61,848 nt of DNA, filler included, from a candidate division TA06 bacterium SM23_40 (GCA_001303705.1; 4 parts of 4 records of this genome joined end to end with filler, not necessarily neighbours in it), one strand, 5' to 3'; shown: positions 1-9,289, counted from the first letter of the whole stretch. The notes: a model not told the origin generated them from the sequence alone. Numbers and translations are program-made.

Positions 1-182
1 ACTGAGAAGAGCGGGCCCCTTAAACGTGGCCTCGAGACCTGAACAGTGAGTATCTCCGGCATTTGCCCGAACTAATGGATCCCCGAATTCCTGGTGGACA
101 GGACAGAGGGGATGATGTATTCTTGGGGCCAACCGGAAACCTAAGTGGGGCAGGAGATTGTTCATTATCTGAGAACGTGAGC

Positions 183-278
183 GGAAGCGGATAGGGGCTG
201 GTGTCCCTGCTGGACTTCAAATCCAGTTGTCCCGGTCGGTGCCGGGATGGTAGGTTCGATTCCTACACGCTTCCGCCA
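183..278 (+). tRNA. selC: tRNA-Sec (selenocysteine tRNA, anticodon UCA)
   Basis: 96 nt. Acceptor stem GGAAGCG/CGCTTCC then G-CCA; anticodon arm CTGGA-CTTCAAA-TCCAG with TCA anticodon; long variable arm TCCCGG...CCGGGA; T arm GTAGG-TTCGATT-CCTAC. Lies directly upstream of selD. Confidence 0.96.
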
Positions 279-426
279 TTCTGACTGGAAATGAGCCCCC
301 GCTCCGGGGGACAGGAGGCCCTGCGGGGCGGCAAAGGGCAGTGGCACGCATCTGACAGGTATCCGATGGGTATCAGACAGATATCGGAACGGTGAAGACC
401 ATGGATCAGCAGAAACGGAGGGCGTA

Positions 427-1470
427 ATGTCCCGAGTGCGCCTCACTCAGCTCGTCACGTGTGCGGGGTGAGCATCGAAAGTAGGTCTACAAGACCTCGT
501 GCAGGTTCTGCACGACATGCCTACTTCGGACGATCCGCACGTCATCGTCAGTTTCGATATGGTCGATGATGCCGGCGTGTACGAGCTCGACGACGGGACG
601 ATGCTCGTTCAGACCGTCGACTTCTTCACGCCGATCGTCGACGATCCATACACGTTCGGCCGGGTCGCGGCCGTGAACGCGCTGAGCGATGTCTATGCCA
701 TGGGAGGGGTGCCGAAGACCGCACTCAATATCGTCTGTTTCCCGGTGAAGACACTCGATCTGGCGATCCTCGGCGCGATCCTGAGGGGTGGAGCTGAGGT
801 GCTGGCCAGGGCCGGGGTGGCCCTGCTCGGGGGACATACCATTGAGGATGCCGAACCCAAGTACGGGCTCTCCGTTACCGGGATAGTAGAAGCGGAGGAG
901 ATGGTGACGAGCGCCGGGGTAAGGCCCGGCGACAAGCTCGTCCTTACCAAGCCGCTCGGCTCCGGCGTCATCACCACCGCGATGAGAACAGACCAGGCTC
1001 CTGAAGGAGCGGGCGAGAGGGTGATAGCCATGATGCTCGAGCTCAACCGGTCTGCCTCAGAGGCGATGTGTGCAGTCGGCGTCGATGCATGCACTGATAT
1101 CACTGGATTCGGACTGCTGGGGCATGCTCACGAGATGGCCCTTGTGAGCGGCGTGGGTCTCCGATTCTTCATGAACGCCATACCGCTCATCTCAGGCGCG
1201 AGGGAGTGTGCGGAACAGGGTTCTGTGCCCGGAGGGTCGGAGGCGAACAGGCTCTACGTAATGCCCTATCTGAAAATAGGAGAGGGGATATCCGAGATCG
1301 ATGTCGTGCTCCTCGCCGATGCCCAGACGTCAGGTGGCCTTCTCATCGCGGTCCCGCCGGAGCGGGAACAGGACCTGCTGGACGAGTTGCGGGCGCGAGA
1401 TGTCCATGCGGCAGTGACAATAGGAGAGGTGGTCGAGGGGAGGGTGGGGGAGATGGAGCTCGTCGCCTGA
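427..1470 (+). CDS. selD: Selenide, water dikinase (selenophosphate synthetase), selenoprotein form with Sec at codon 15 (TGA 469-471)
   Basis: ATG 427 with GGAGGG SD reads MSRVRLTQLVTCAG-U-ASKVG and is in frame with track ORF 499-1470. SelD motifs: DDAGVY, QTVDFFTPIVDDPY, NALSDVYAMGG, GGHTIED, TDITGFGLLGH, DAQTSGGLL. U15/K18 occupy the catalytic Cys/Sec and Lys positions. Confidence 0.96.
472..502 (+). promoter_or_regulatory. Candidate SECIS element of selD
   Basis: Immediately 3' of the UGA: stem AGGTC-TACAA-GACCT (483-497) with a possible lower stem GCA..CG/CG..TGC. The overlapping GTA-GGTC-TAC resembles the GCAGGUCUGC apex of the E. coli fdhF SECIS. Fold inferred by eye. Confidence 0.55.
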
Positions 1471-1608
1471 TGGAGTGAGCAGATCGAGTCGCGCCGGGAC
1501 TTCGCGGCGCCCGGCATATGGGCTGGGCACATGGGCTGGACAACGGGGAAACACAGGTCCTGGGGGCAGTGGCGGCGGGGGTCCGGCCTGCGGGAGCGGC
1601 GAAAACCA

Positions 1609-1638
1609 TTGACATCGCGGGTCGATTTCGGATATAGT
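1609..1638 (+). promoter_or_regulatory. sigma70-type promoter of the Omp28-like selenoprotein gene
   Basis: TTGACA (1609-1614), 18-nt spacer, TATAGT (1633-1638) in an otherwise GC-rich intergenic region. Confidence 0.65.
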
Positions 1639-1765
1639 ACTAGTCTATCCATCAGGAGCGGCCGAACCGACGCTGTGGGGAGCGGAGGCCGCTTTTGGCT
1701 GATGGGCTGCCGATTTGCGGAGCCGAACGGCGACAGAACCGATCCTGAAGGAAGTGGGCGCATCG

Positions 1766-3964
1766 ATGGACCGAGGTTGGCTGAAGATATCACGTTGGAG
1801 CTTTGCTGCAGCGAGCGGTGCCCGAGGCCCGCTGGTCGCCGGCCTTGTTGCGCTGGCCGTCTGTACAGTCGGGGCGTCGGACGCGGCTGCAGCCGACCGA
1901 GTCGTTCTGGCCGAGCTCTTCACCAACTATGCGTGAACGGGTTGCACTACCGCCAACAGGGTGTTGGACGACGTCATTGTTTCACTCGACTCGGTCTTCG
2001 CGGTCGTCAGGTACCACACCTGGTGGCCGAGCGCGAATGATCCGTTCTATCTGGCCAACATCGAGGAAAACACGGTCAGGACGCGCTATTATCAGCCAGA
2101 TACTGCGCATTACGTGCCTCGTCTGTTCATCGACGGCCTGATCGATGGGGAGTTCAGCGGGCCGTGGGAGGAGCTGATCGCGGCGCGTGATACTGTTGGG
2201 AGCCCGCTCGAGCTGGTAGGAGAGGTCATGCCGAGCGGCGGCATCGATGTCGATGTCGTGCTCGTCGGGACGGAAGAACCGCTCGACCTGGAGGGGCCTC
2301 TTCGCATACGGTATGTCCTTACGGAGTCCGATGTCTATGTCGCCTCGCCGACAGGACCGCACTGGTATGACCAGGCGATGCGCGACATGGTGCCTGACGC
2401 GGAAGGTGTTGAACTCGAGATCGGGCTCGGGGATACGATCTACGAGAGCCGGACCTTTCCGGTAGACGAGGAGTGGGATATCGAGAACCTCGAGGTCGTT
2501 GTCTTCGTCCAGAGGGATGATTCTACAAAGGAGGTGCTCCAGGCCGGGAAGTGGCCCGTGCCGGCGGATGTTCCCAACCTGAGTATCGTGGATGTGGCTC
2601 TTCTCGATCCGATGGGCGACGGCGACGGGAGGGCGGAAGAGGGCGAGGAAGTTGAGCTCATACTGAGCCTTATTAACAGTGAGCCCTGGCTCGATGCGAC
2701 GGCCGTCACTGCCACACTTCGGGAGGCCGATGCGTCGCTCACGCTCGTCGATTCCACGGCTGACTTCGGGGCTGTCGCGGCAGGGGATACGGTCGACAAC
2801 GCGGGGTCCCCGATCACCCTCTCGGTCGCAGACTACCTCGTTCCTCACCGGGCCGTGTTTACGCTCCGAATAGAGGCTGAACCGGGGGGGTATGCGGCGG
2901 ATGACACATTCTCTCTCGTCATAGGTCATCCGCAGATCCTGGTCGTTGATGATGACGATGGGGCGACGTGCGAGACGTCATACTCCGACATTATGGCCGA
3001 GAGCCTCGATCTCTTCTTCGAGCAGTGGGAAGTCGCCGAGCAGGGGAGTCCGATGGAGTGGCTTCTCAACTCCGAGCTCGTCGTCTGGTTCACGGGCGAT
3101 GACTCGACCCAGACGCTCACTGCAGATGATCGCGAGCACCTCGGTGCCTTTCTCGACGGAGGGGGGAAGCTGTTCCTCGCCGGCCAGAACATCGGCCAGG
3201 ATATCGGGGATGAGCCGTTCTATCATGACTAGGATATCGGGGATGAGCCGTTCTATCATGACTACATCCATGCCACGTTCGTCGATTCGGCGACGAGTGA
3301 TATCGCCATCTTCGGCGTGGCGGGCGATCCGGTCTGGGGGGGTGGGATCATCATCAATCAGGCCCAGCAGTCGATGGACGTGGTGAGCGCTACCGAAGAC
3401 GCCGATTCGGTCCTCGTCTACCAGAATGGGGGCGTAGCCGGTATCACCTATGAGGGGGAGTACAGAGTCATCTACTTCGCGTTCGGCGTTGAGGGTGCGG
3501 ACGAATCGTCTCCTCTCGTCCTGCACCGGCACCAGGTGCTGTCGAAGGCCCTGGGCTGGCTCGGCCTTCCCGTGGAGGTGTCAGGAGGAGAGCCTGTTGG
3601 GCCGGAATCGGCGCTGCCGCTCTGCCTTGTCCATCAGAACTACCCGAATCCCTTCGCCGAGATGACATCGCTCAGCTATGTCCTCGGCGGAGGAGAGGGC
3701 TATCTGTCGGCCCGAGGCGTGTGGGACGGCTCCGGCGGGGGGCGCGATGCCTCATATCGGGACGCTCATGTGAAGCTTGCGATCTATAACATACAGGGGC
3801 AGCGTGTGCGACTCCTCGTCGATGAGCCGCAGGAGGATGGCCGGTATGCCGTGGGCTGGGACGGCAGGGATGAGCGGGGAGAGACGGTCTCTTCCGGTGT
3901 TTATTTCATGAGGCTCGATGCGCGCGGGGAGAGATCAGTCCGGAAGATGGTTCGGCTCAAGTGA
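1766..3964 (+). CDS. Secreted Omp28-like thioredoxin-fold selenoprotein (UxxC, Sec57 at TGA 1934-1936) with C-terminal FlgD-Ig/T9SS-like domain; interrupted in this assembly by a TAG (3230-3232) created by a 33-bp duplication
   Basis: Track ORFs 1715-1936, 1961-3232 and 3317-3964 are all in one frame. Signal peptide ending ...SDAAA, then VVLAELFTNYA-U-TGC-TTAN (Omp28-like ExFTxxxCxxC), YHTWWP..DPFY, YVPRLFIDG, and WDIENLEVVVFVQ..KEVLQA. C-terminal QNYPNPF..IYNIQGQRVRLL..WDGRDERG..SSGVYF. Confidence 0.85.
1937..1967 (+). promoter_or_regulatory. Candidate bacterial SECIS element
   Basis: Perfect stem CCAACA (1953-1958) / TGTTGG (1962-1967) with a GGG loop starting 22 nt after the UGA. Spacing and apical G fit the bacterial SECIS consensus. 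Confidence 0.7.
3198..3263 (+). repeat. Exact 33-bp tandem duplication inside the selenoprotein gene
   Basis: AGGATATCGGGGATGAGCCGTTCTATCATGACT occurs at 3198-3230 and 3231-3263. The junction creates an in-frame TAG. Confidence 0.95.
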
Positions 3965-4150
3965 CGCAGGGGAGCCGGCGGACGATATAATCGACATTCA
4001 TGTTGGAGTTGGACGAATTGGTGTTCCTCCGGGAGCAGAACGAAAGCAAAGGGAATCGTCTACCTGCCGACGTGGCGCGGCGGATAGGACTCAGCGGTCC
4101 GGGAGTTGTGTTGGTTGTCTGAGGTGGTTTACAGGAAAGGGAGAGAGGCT

Positions 4151-6880
4151 ATGCGACGGTCATGGGTGAGCGCAGTATTCGAAACGGTGCATGCTCACAC
4201 CAAGGTGAAGGCGCGGCATGTCAGAGCGTTGCCGGTGGTGCTGGTCGCATCAGTGACGGCGATCGCCATCCTCGGTGCTGCGACCGTTTCGGCAGGTACG
4301 GGGATGCTCGCTTCGATCGAAGTTGGGGAAGACGGAATCGGCTCCCTCGGCTGGCTGGCCGACGAGCCGGTGGAGATCTACTACTGGACCCTGGAATATC
4401 TTCTTGTCGGCGCCGATGAAGGTACGGCGGAGAGGATCCGGGAGCGCGGGAACGAGGTCGAGGTTCTCGACCTCGTTCCGTGGAGTGAGCCGTACTATGT
4501 CATCTCGCGCCCGCAGGGTGAGCCACTCGGGGTGCTGCCTGCGGTGGGACTGGTGCTGTACCGCACGGAGCGCGAGGCAGTGGTGAAGGTGCAAGACGGA
4601 CTCGTCGAGGAATTCGGGGAGGCCGGATTCATGTTCGCCCGGATCTTCCAGCAGCCGCTGCCGTGGCCGCCGCGCCACGTTGAGCGGCTCGGCAGGATCG
4701 AGCAGTTCGGGCCCCTGGAGAGCGACACGCTGATAGCGCGTCTGGTCGGGGAGATCTCTGCCGATACCATCGAGGCGTATATCCAGCGGATGCAGGACTA
4801 CCAGACGAGGTACACCCCTACCGACTCGTGCTGGGCCTCGGCTCAGTGGATTCAGGATAAATTCCTCAGCTACGGGTATGTCGATGTCGAACTCGACTCG
4901 TTCTGGGTGAACTACAATCCGTGGTCGAGCTGGGCCGTCGATGTCGTGGCCGTCAAGTCCGGCACCCTCTACCCGACCAAGTACATCGTCATTGGAGGTC
5001 ACTACGACTCGGTCACCTATGGGTGGGAACCTGGTCCGTGGGAGTTTGCGCCCGGGGCCGACGACAACGCGACTGGTGCAGCCTCGACCATGGAGATCGC
5101 CAGGGCACTCGCCGATGAGGATATCGGCACCTCTGTCGTCTTCATCGCCTTCAGTGCCGAGGAGCAGGGCCTGTTCGGGAGCTGGCACTACGCCTCCTGG
5201 GCAGCGGGTATGGGCATGGACATCGTTCTGATGCTCAATATGGACATGACCGGTCGCTATGTGAGCGGGCCCAGATATGTCGACATGGGCGTCGGCCCGA
5301 CAGCCGAGGTCTTCGGAGAGCTCTGCGAGGCGATGGCCCTCGAGTACACGGACGCCATCCCTCTGGCAGGACCAGCCGGCGCGAACAGCGACCACTGGCC
5401 GTTCATTGCGAACGGCTTCGATGCGCTCATGCTCATCGAGAACGACTTCAACTACTTCGGCTGGCACTCGAACCATGACTCGCTCCACTATCTCGATATG
5501 ACGTATTGCCAGGACGTCGCGCAGACAGTTGTTGCCACGGCAGTAGCGCTCGGTGACGGGCGGGTCGGACTGGTCTCGGCATCTGATCACATGATCGACG
5601 AGGCAGTCGGCGACGGCGACGGGCGCGCCGAGCCGGGTGAGACGATCAATTTCATCGTCATCCTCGACAACGACGCGACGTGGACAGGGGCCACGAATGT
5701 CTCGGCCGTGCTGCGAACCGACGACCCGACGATCACGATCACTGACTCGATTGCCACATTCCCCGACATCCCGATCGGGGGTTCGGTCGATAACTCGCTC
5801 GATCCGTTTGTAGTGGAGATCGGTGCGAGCGATCCGCATATGGCCGAGTTCACGGTCGAGATCACGTCGACGCCTCCGAGCTTCGTGAGCGAACATACGC
5901 TAGAGGTCATCATCGGCCACCCCGCCATCATGGTCGTCGACGACGACGAGGGCGACGAGTACGAACATCGGTACCAGGCGGTACTCGGCGACTCGTTTGG
6001 GCTGTTTGTGGAGATCTGGGAGGTCGCGACCCAGGGATGCCCGGAGGATTGGCTCCTGAATGCTGAAGTCGTCATCTGGTACACGGGCGATGCGACCGAG
6101 AACACACTCACACCGGACGACATCACTGCGTTGAGCAACTTCCTCGATGGCGGAGGTAAGCTCTTCATCACGGGAGAGAACGTGGCTGAGGATCTGGATG
6201 GGTCCAACTTCCTCTCGGACTATCTGCACACCGCGCTCATCGATCCGAACTCGCCCGATTACTACATGGAGGGCGTGCCGGGTGACACGATCGGAGACGG
6301 TCTGCTCGTCATCGACGATACGCAGACGTCGATGGACATCATCTCTCCGGTCGGTGCGGATAGCGTACTCACCTATTCTTCGGGCGGCGCCGCGGCCGTG
6401 AGGTATGAGGGTGCGTACAAGGTCGTCTTCTTCGGATTCGGGTTCGAGTGGATCAATGACCAGGTCCCGACGTCCAGCCATCGCCACGAGGTGATGGCGA
6501 GAGTACTCAACTGGTTCGGCATGCCGGTGGTAGGAGTGAGCGACGGCGATGACGATGCCATCCAGAGGGATGCTGTCTTCTGGCTGGGGCAGAGTTATCC
6601 CAATCCTCTGCGCGGGTCGGCAGCGATCCGCTATGTCGTGCCCGGGGCGTCAGCGGCAGCAGGTGAGACCGCATCCGGGCAGCCGGTTACGCTGAAGGTG
6701 TACAACGTCCTGGGGCAGGTGGTGCGCACTCTTGTCGATCGGACTGAGGCGCCGGGTGACCACGTTGTAACCTGGGATCGGCGCGGTGACTCCGGCCGCG
6801 CGGTTGCACCGGGGATCTACTTCTATCGGCTCGAGGTTGGAGACGAGTCTGCGACACGCAAGGTTGTCGTGCTGAGATAG
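4151..6880 (+). CDS. Secreted M28-family zinc aminopeptidase with C-terminal FlgD-Ig/T9SS-like domain
   Basis: M28 motifs GGHYDS, PGADDNATG, FSAEEQGLFGS, LNMDM, SDHWPF, WHSNHD; hydrophobic N-terminal signal; C-terminal QSYPNP..VYNVLGQVVRTL..PGIYFYRL. ATG 4151 follows a purine-rich SD. Confidence 0.9.
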   Translation: MRRSWVSAVFETVHAHTKVKARHVRALPVVLVASVTAIAILGAATVSAGTGMLASIEVGEDGIGSLGWLADEPVEIYYWTLEYLLVGADEGTAERIRERGNEVEVLDLVPWSEPYYVISRPQGEPLGVLPAVGLVLYRTEREAVVKVQDGLVEEFGEAGFMFARIFQQPLPWPPRHVERLGRIEQFGPLESDTLIARLVGEISADTIEAYIQRMQDYQTRYTPTDSCWASAQWIQDKFLSYGYVDVELDSFWVNYNPWSSWAVDVVAVKSGTLYPTKYIVIGGHYDSVTYGWEPGPWEFAPGADDNATGAASTMEIARALADEDIGTSVVFIAFSAEEQGLFGSWHYASWAAGMGMDIVLMLNMDMTGRYVSGPRYVDMGVGPTAEVFGELCEAMALEYTDAIPLAGPAGANSDHWPFIANGFDALMLIENDFNYFGWHSNHDSLHYLDMTYCQDVAQTVVATAVALGDGRVGLVSASDHMIDEAVGDGDGRAEPGETINFIVILDNDATWTGATNVSAVLRTDDPTITITDSIATFPDIPIGGSVDNSLDPFVVEIGASDPHMAEFTVEITSTPPSFVSEHTLEVIIGHPAIMVVDDDEGDEYEHRYQAVLGDSFGLFVEIWEVATQGCPEDWLLNAEVVIWYTGDATENTLTPDDITALSNFLDGGGKLFITGENVAEDLDGSNFLSDYLHTALIDPNSPDYYMEGVPGDTIGDGLLVIDDTQTSMDIISPVGADSVLTYSSGGAAAVRYEGAYKVVFFGFGFEWINDQVPTSSHRHEVMARVLNWFGMPVVGVSDGDDDAIQRDAVFWLGQSYPNPLRGSAAIRYVVPGASAAAGETASGQPVTLKVYNVLGQVVRTLVDRTEAPGDHVVTWDRRGDSGRAVAPGIYFYRLEVGDESATRKVVVLR

Positions 6881-7124
6881 TATCATATGGCCCTGTGAGG
6901 CAGCAGATCGAGGCTTTTCCGGCAGTCACGTGATGGCCTCCATGAGAAAGGGTCCACTCTTCACAGTGAGCTCACATAGCACGTGCCTTCCGTGGGGTCA
7001 GATGATAGGAACATAGGCAATCAGGGATGTGATGCGCGTCGACACAGGACTTGTTGTGTGAGAATCGTGGCTCCAGGGTGACGCCCCGAATGGACAAACA
7101 TGGGTGGTTCGCAAGGAGGGTTCG

Positions 7125-7763
7125 ATGTTAGCCAGCGGCAAAAGGTTGCAGGTGGACGTTGGGTGGAGGCGTACTATCAGCGGTGCGGCAGTGCTGGGGG
7201 TTCTTCTTACGTTCGCGGCAGGATGGGTCGTAGCAGGCGAGCCCGGCGACGGCGAAGAAGACAACCCGAAGGTGGAGTTGATAGACGCAGCGGATGCATG
7301 TGTCGTCTCTGACTTCACGATGGAGAATGTCGATGGTGAGCGGGTGTCGCTCGATGATCTGCTCGAAGATGGGGTCGTTCTCATCGATTTCTGGGCACTC
7401 TGGTGTCGGCCGTGCCTGAGGGAGCTCGACTACCTCAATGATTTCAATAACAAGCGTGGGAAAGATGGGTTCGCGGTAGTGACTGTCAATATCGACACTC
7501 CTGAGTCGATAAGTCGGGTGAAGAGCTACGTCCAGAGTCGGGGATATGGCTTTGAAGTCCTGCTCGACCCGGAGAAGGAGCTGTACTACGATCTGAATGT
7601 TCCTGCAATCCCGTACTCCGTTCTCATCGATAGGGAGGGGCGGATCCGGTCGGTGCACATAGGGTTTCAGCTGGGCGATGAGAAGATCATGGAGAGAGAG
7701 ATAGCGGCCCTGATTGAGGAGGGGGTGGCCAATGAAACGGGAGAGGAGACGAGTGGCGAGTAG
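7125..7763 (+). CDS. TlpA/ResA-family thiol-disulfide oxidoreductase (exported)
   Basis: LIDFWALWCRPC motif, cis-Pro loop VPAIPYSVLID, N-terminal hydrophobic segment; AAGGAGG SD before ATG 7125. Confidence 0.9.
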   Translation: MLASGKRLQVDVGWRRTISGAAVLGVLLTFAAGWVVAGEPGDGEEDNPKVELIDAADACVVSDFTMENVDGERVSLDDLLEDGVVLIDFWALWCRPCLRELDYLNDFNNKRGKDGFAVVTVNIDTPESISRVKSYVQSRGYGFEVLLDPEKELYYDLNVPAIPYSVLIDREGRIRSVHIGFQLGDEKIMEREIAALIEEGVANETGEETSGE

Positions 7764-9216
7764 ACGTAGCGTCAAGGAGGCCTGTCCGTTCTGTCGGCGC
7801 ACGATCTCTCTGCTCCTTGTGGCGATCGCCGTCTCAGTGCTCGCACGGCCGGCAGGCGGGGAACCGGCACCTCCGCGCGGGAGCGAGGGGATTTCGCTCA
7901 GGTCGATCCGCGGCAGCAACGAGATGATCTTCTCACGCGATGTCGAGGACACGCTCGATGAACTGGAGAACTGGTTCGACGTGTCGATCGACATGGGTGA
8001 GGTGACCGCAGGGTTTCGCTATCAGATGTATGAGACATCGGCGCGGGGTGCAAACGAGTCTGCGGGATTCAGTCAGCGATTCGCAGAATTCCGTCGCGAT
8101 TGGCTGACGCTCCGGGCGGGAAACTACTACGAGACCTTCGGAAGAGGGCTGGTGCTGCGGGTGTTTGAGGATCGGGAGATCCGGCAAGAGACGTCGCTCG
8201 ATGGGGTCGCGCTCGAGGCCAGACTTGAGGACTTCATGGACCTGAAGATGACCGGCATCACGGGCAGGAGTGGCGACGACTTCGTGCGGGGCGGAGATGT
8301 CGAAGCTACCCTGCTGCCTGGTGTTAAGCTGGGGGCGGCATACGCGATGAGCAATCGGAGCTACACGGATCGCACCGAGATGGGCGGGATCAGGAGCGAC
8401 GTGTCGCATGGCCCATTGGGCGTGTACGCGGAATTCGCCACGCGCGACGGGTTCCACGAGTTCGAAGGTTCCGGGTTCTACCTCTCGACGACTCTGTCAG
8501 TACCCAAGCTGGGGGTGGTGGCGGAATACAAGGACTATGACGACTTCGAATTCGCATATCACAATCCTCCTGCTGCGCTGAGAGACCATAGTGTCAACCT
8601 CCTGGCGCGTCATCCGAGGGTCGTCCAGCCGGACGACGAGCAGGGATTCCAGGTGGAGGCGACCTACTCGCCGTCATTCTCGACGACTATTATCGGGAGC
8701 GACAGCTATACGGCACAGCATTCGGGTGATGCTCCGTTCCACGAACAGTACCTGGAGATCCGTCAGGATATCGGAGACCGTCTGTTCACGATCCTTGCGG
8801 GGGCCAGGAGTCGAGAGATCCCTTCCGGCCGCGATGAGGCCAACGCGGTCTATCGCTATACGGGAGCAGGCGAACTGGACTTCAGGATCACGGATGAGAG
8901 GAGTATATCGCTCATATACGAACATCAGCTGACGGAATCTGCCTACGGGGATGTGACTGATCAGTACGGCGTGGTAGGGTTCAGCTGTTGCAGCATCCTC
9001 ATGTTCAGTCTGCAGGCAGAGAGGACCTCGGAAAAGGACCCCGTCACCGATAAGGACTTCTGGCTGATGGGGTCGCTCGGGCTCAAGTTCGCACGACGAC
9101 ATGACGTCTCTCTGAGCGTGGGCACGAGACGGAGCCGGTTCATCTGCTCCTCCGGTATGTGCCGGTTCGAGCCAAAGCTCGAGGGGGCGGAGCTGCGCAT
9201 CGTCTCGACGTTCTAG
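7732..9216 (+). CDS. DUF6029-like outer-membrane beta-barrel protein with C-terminal CxxxxC
   Basis: Signal peptide, LRAGNYYETFGRGLVLR motif, amphipathic beta strands, C-terminal GTRRSRFICSSGMCRFEP and a terminal Phe. Overlaps the end of the TlpA gene. Family assignment is from recalled motifs. Confidence 0.7.
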   Translation: MKRERRRVASRRSVKEACPFCRRTISLLLVAIAVSVLARPAGGEPAPPRGSEGISLRSIRGSNEMIFSRDVEDTLDELENWFDVSIDMGEVTAGFRYQMYETSARGANESAGFSQRFAEFRRDWLTLRAGNYYETFGRGLVLRVFEDREIRQETSLDGVALEARLEDFMDLKMTGITGRSGDDFVRGGDVEATLLPGVKLGAAYAMSNRSYTDRTEMGGIRSDVSHGPLGVYAEFATRDGFHEFEGSGFYLSTTLSVPKLGVVAEYKDYDDFEFAYHNPPAALRDHSVNLLARHPRVVQPDDEQGFQVEATYSPSFSTTIIGSDSYTAQHSGDAPFHEQYLEIRQDIGDRLFTILAGARSREIPSGRDEANAVYRYTGAGELDFRITDERSISLIYEHQLTESAYGDVTDQYGVVGFSCCSILMFSLQAERTSEKDPVTDKDFWLMGSLGLKFARRHDVSLSVGTRRSRFICSSGMCRFEPKLEGAELRIVSTF

Positions 9217-9289
9217 CACACGGATGTCCCCGCAGCATAGATGCATTCCGCCGGGAGGTTGCTCTGCCGGCGGTTTGGCGTGATGTCTA

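Noticed and set aside
343-358. sigma54 promoter upstream of selD (TGGCACGCATCTGAC)
   Set aside because: The -24 element matches but the -12 TTGC element is absent.
1-426. Integrative element at selC
   Set aside because: No integrase and no duplicated tRNA 3' end were noticed; selD follows directly.
3230-3232. In-frame TAG as a pyrrolysine or read-through codon
   Set aside because: Fully explained by the junction of an exact 33-bp duplication; the paralogue has no extra residues there, and no pyl genes are visible.
4250-5896. Long antisense ORFs (e.g. 548 aa here, 526 aa at 58324-59904, 453 aa at 43288-44649)
   Set aside because: They are shadows of well-supported genes on the opposite strand, expected from GC-rich codon bias, and have no recognisable motifs.
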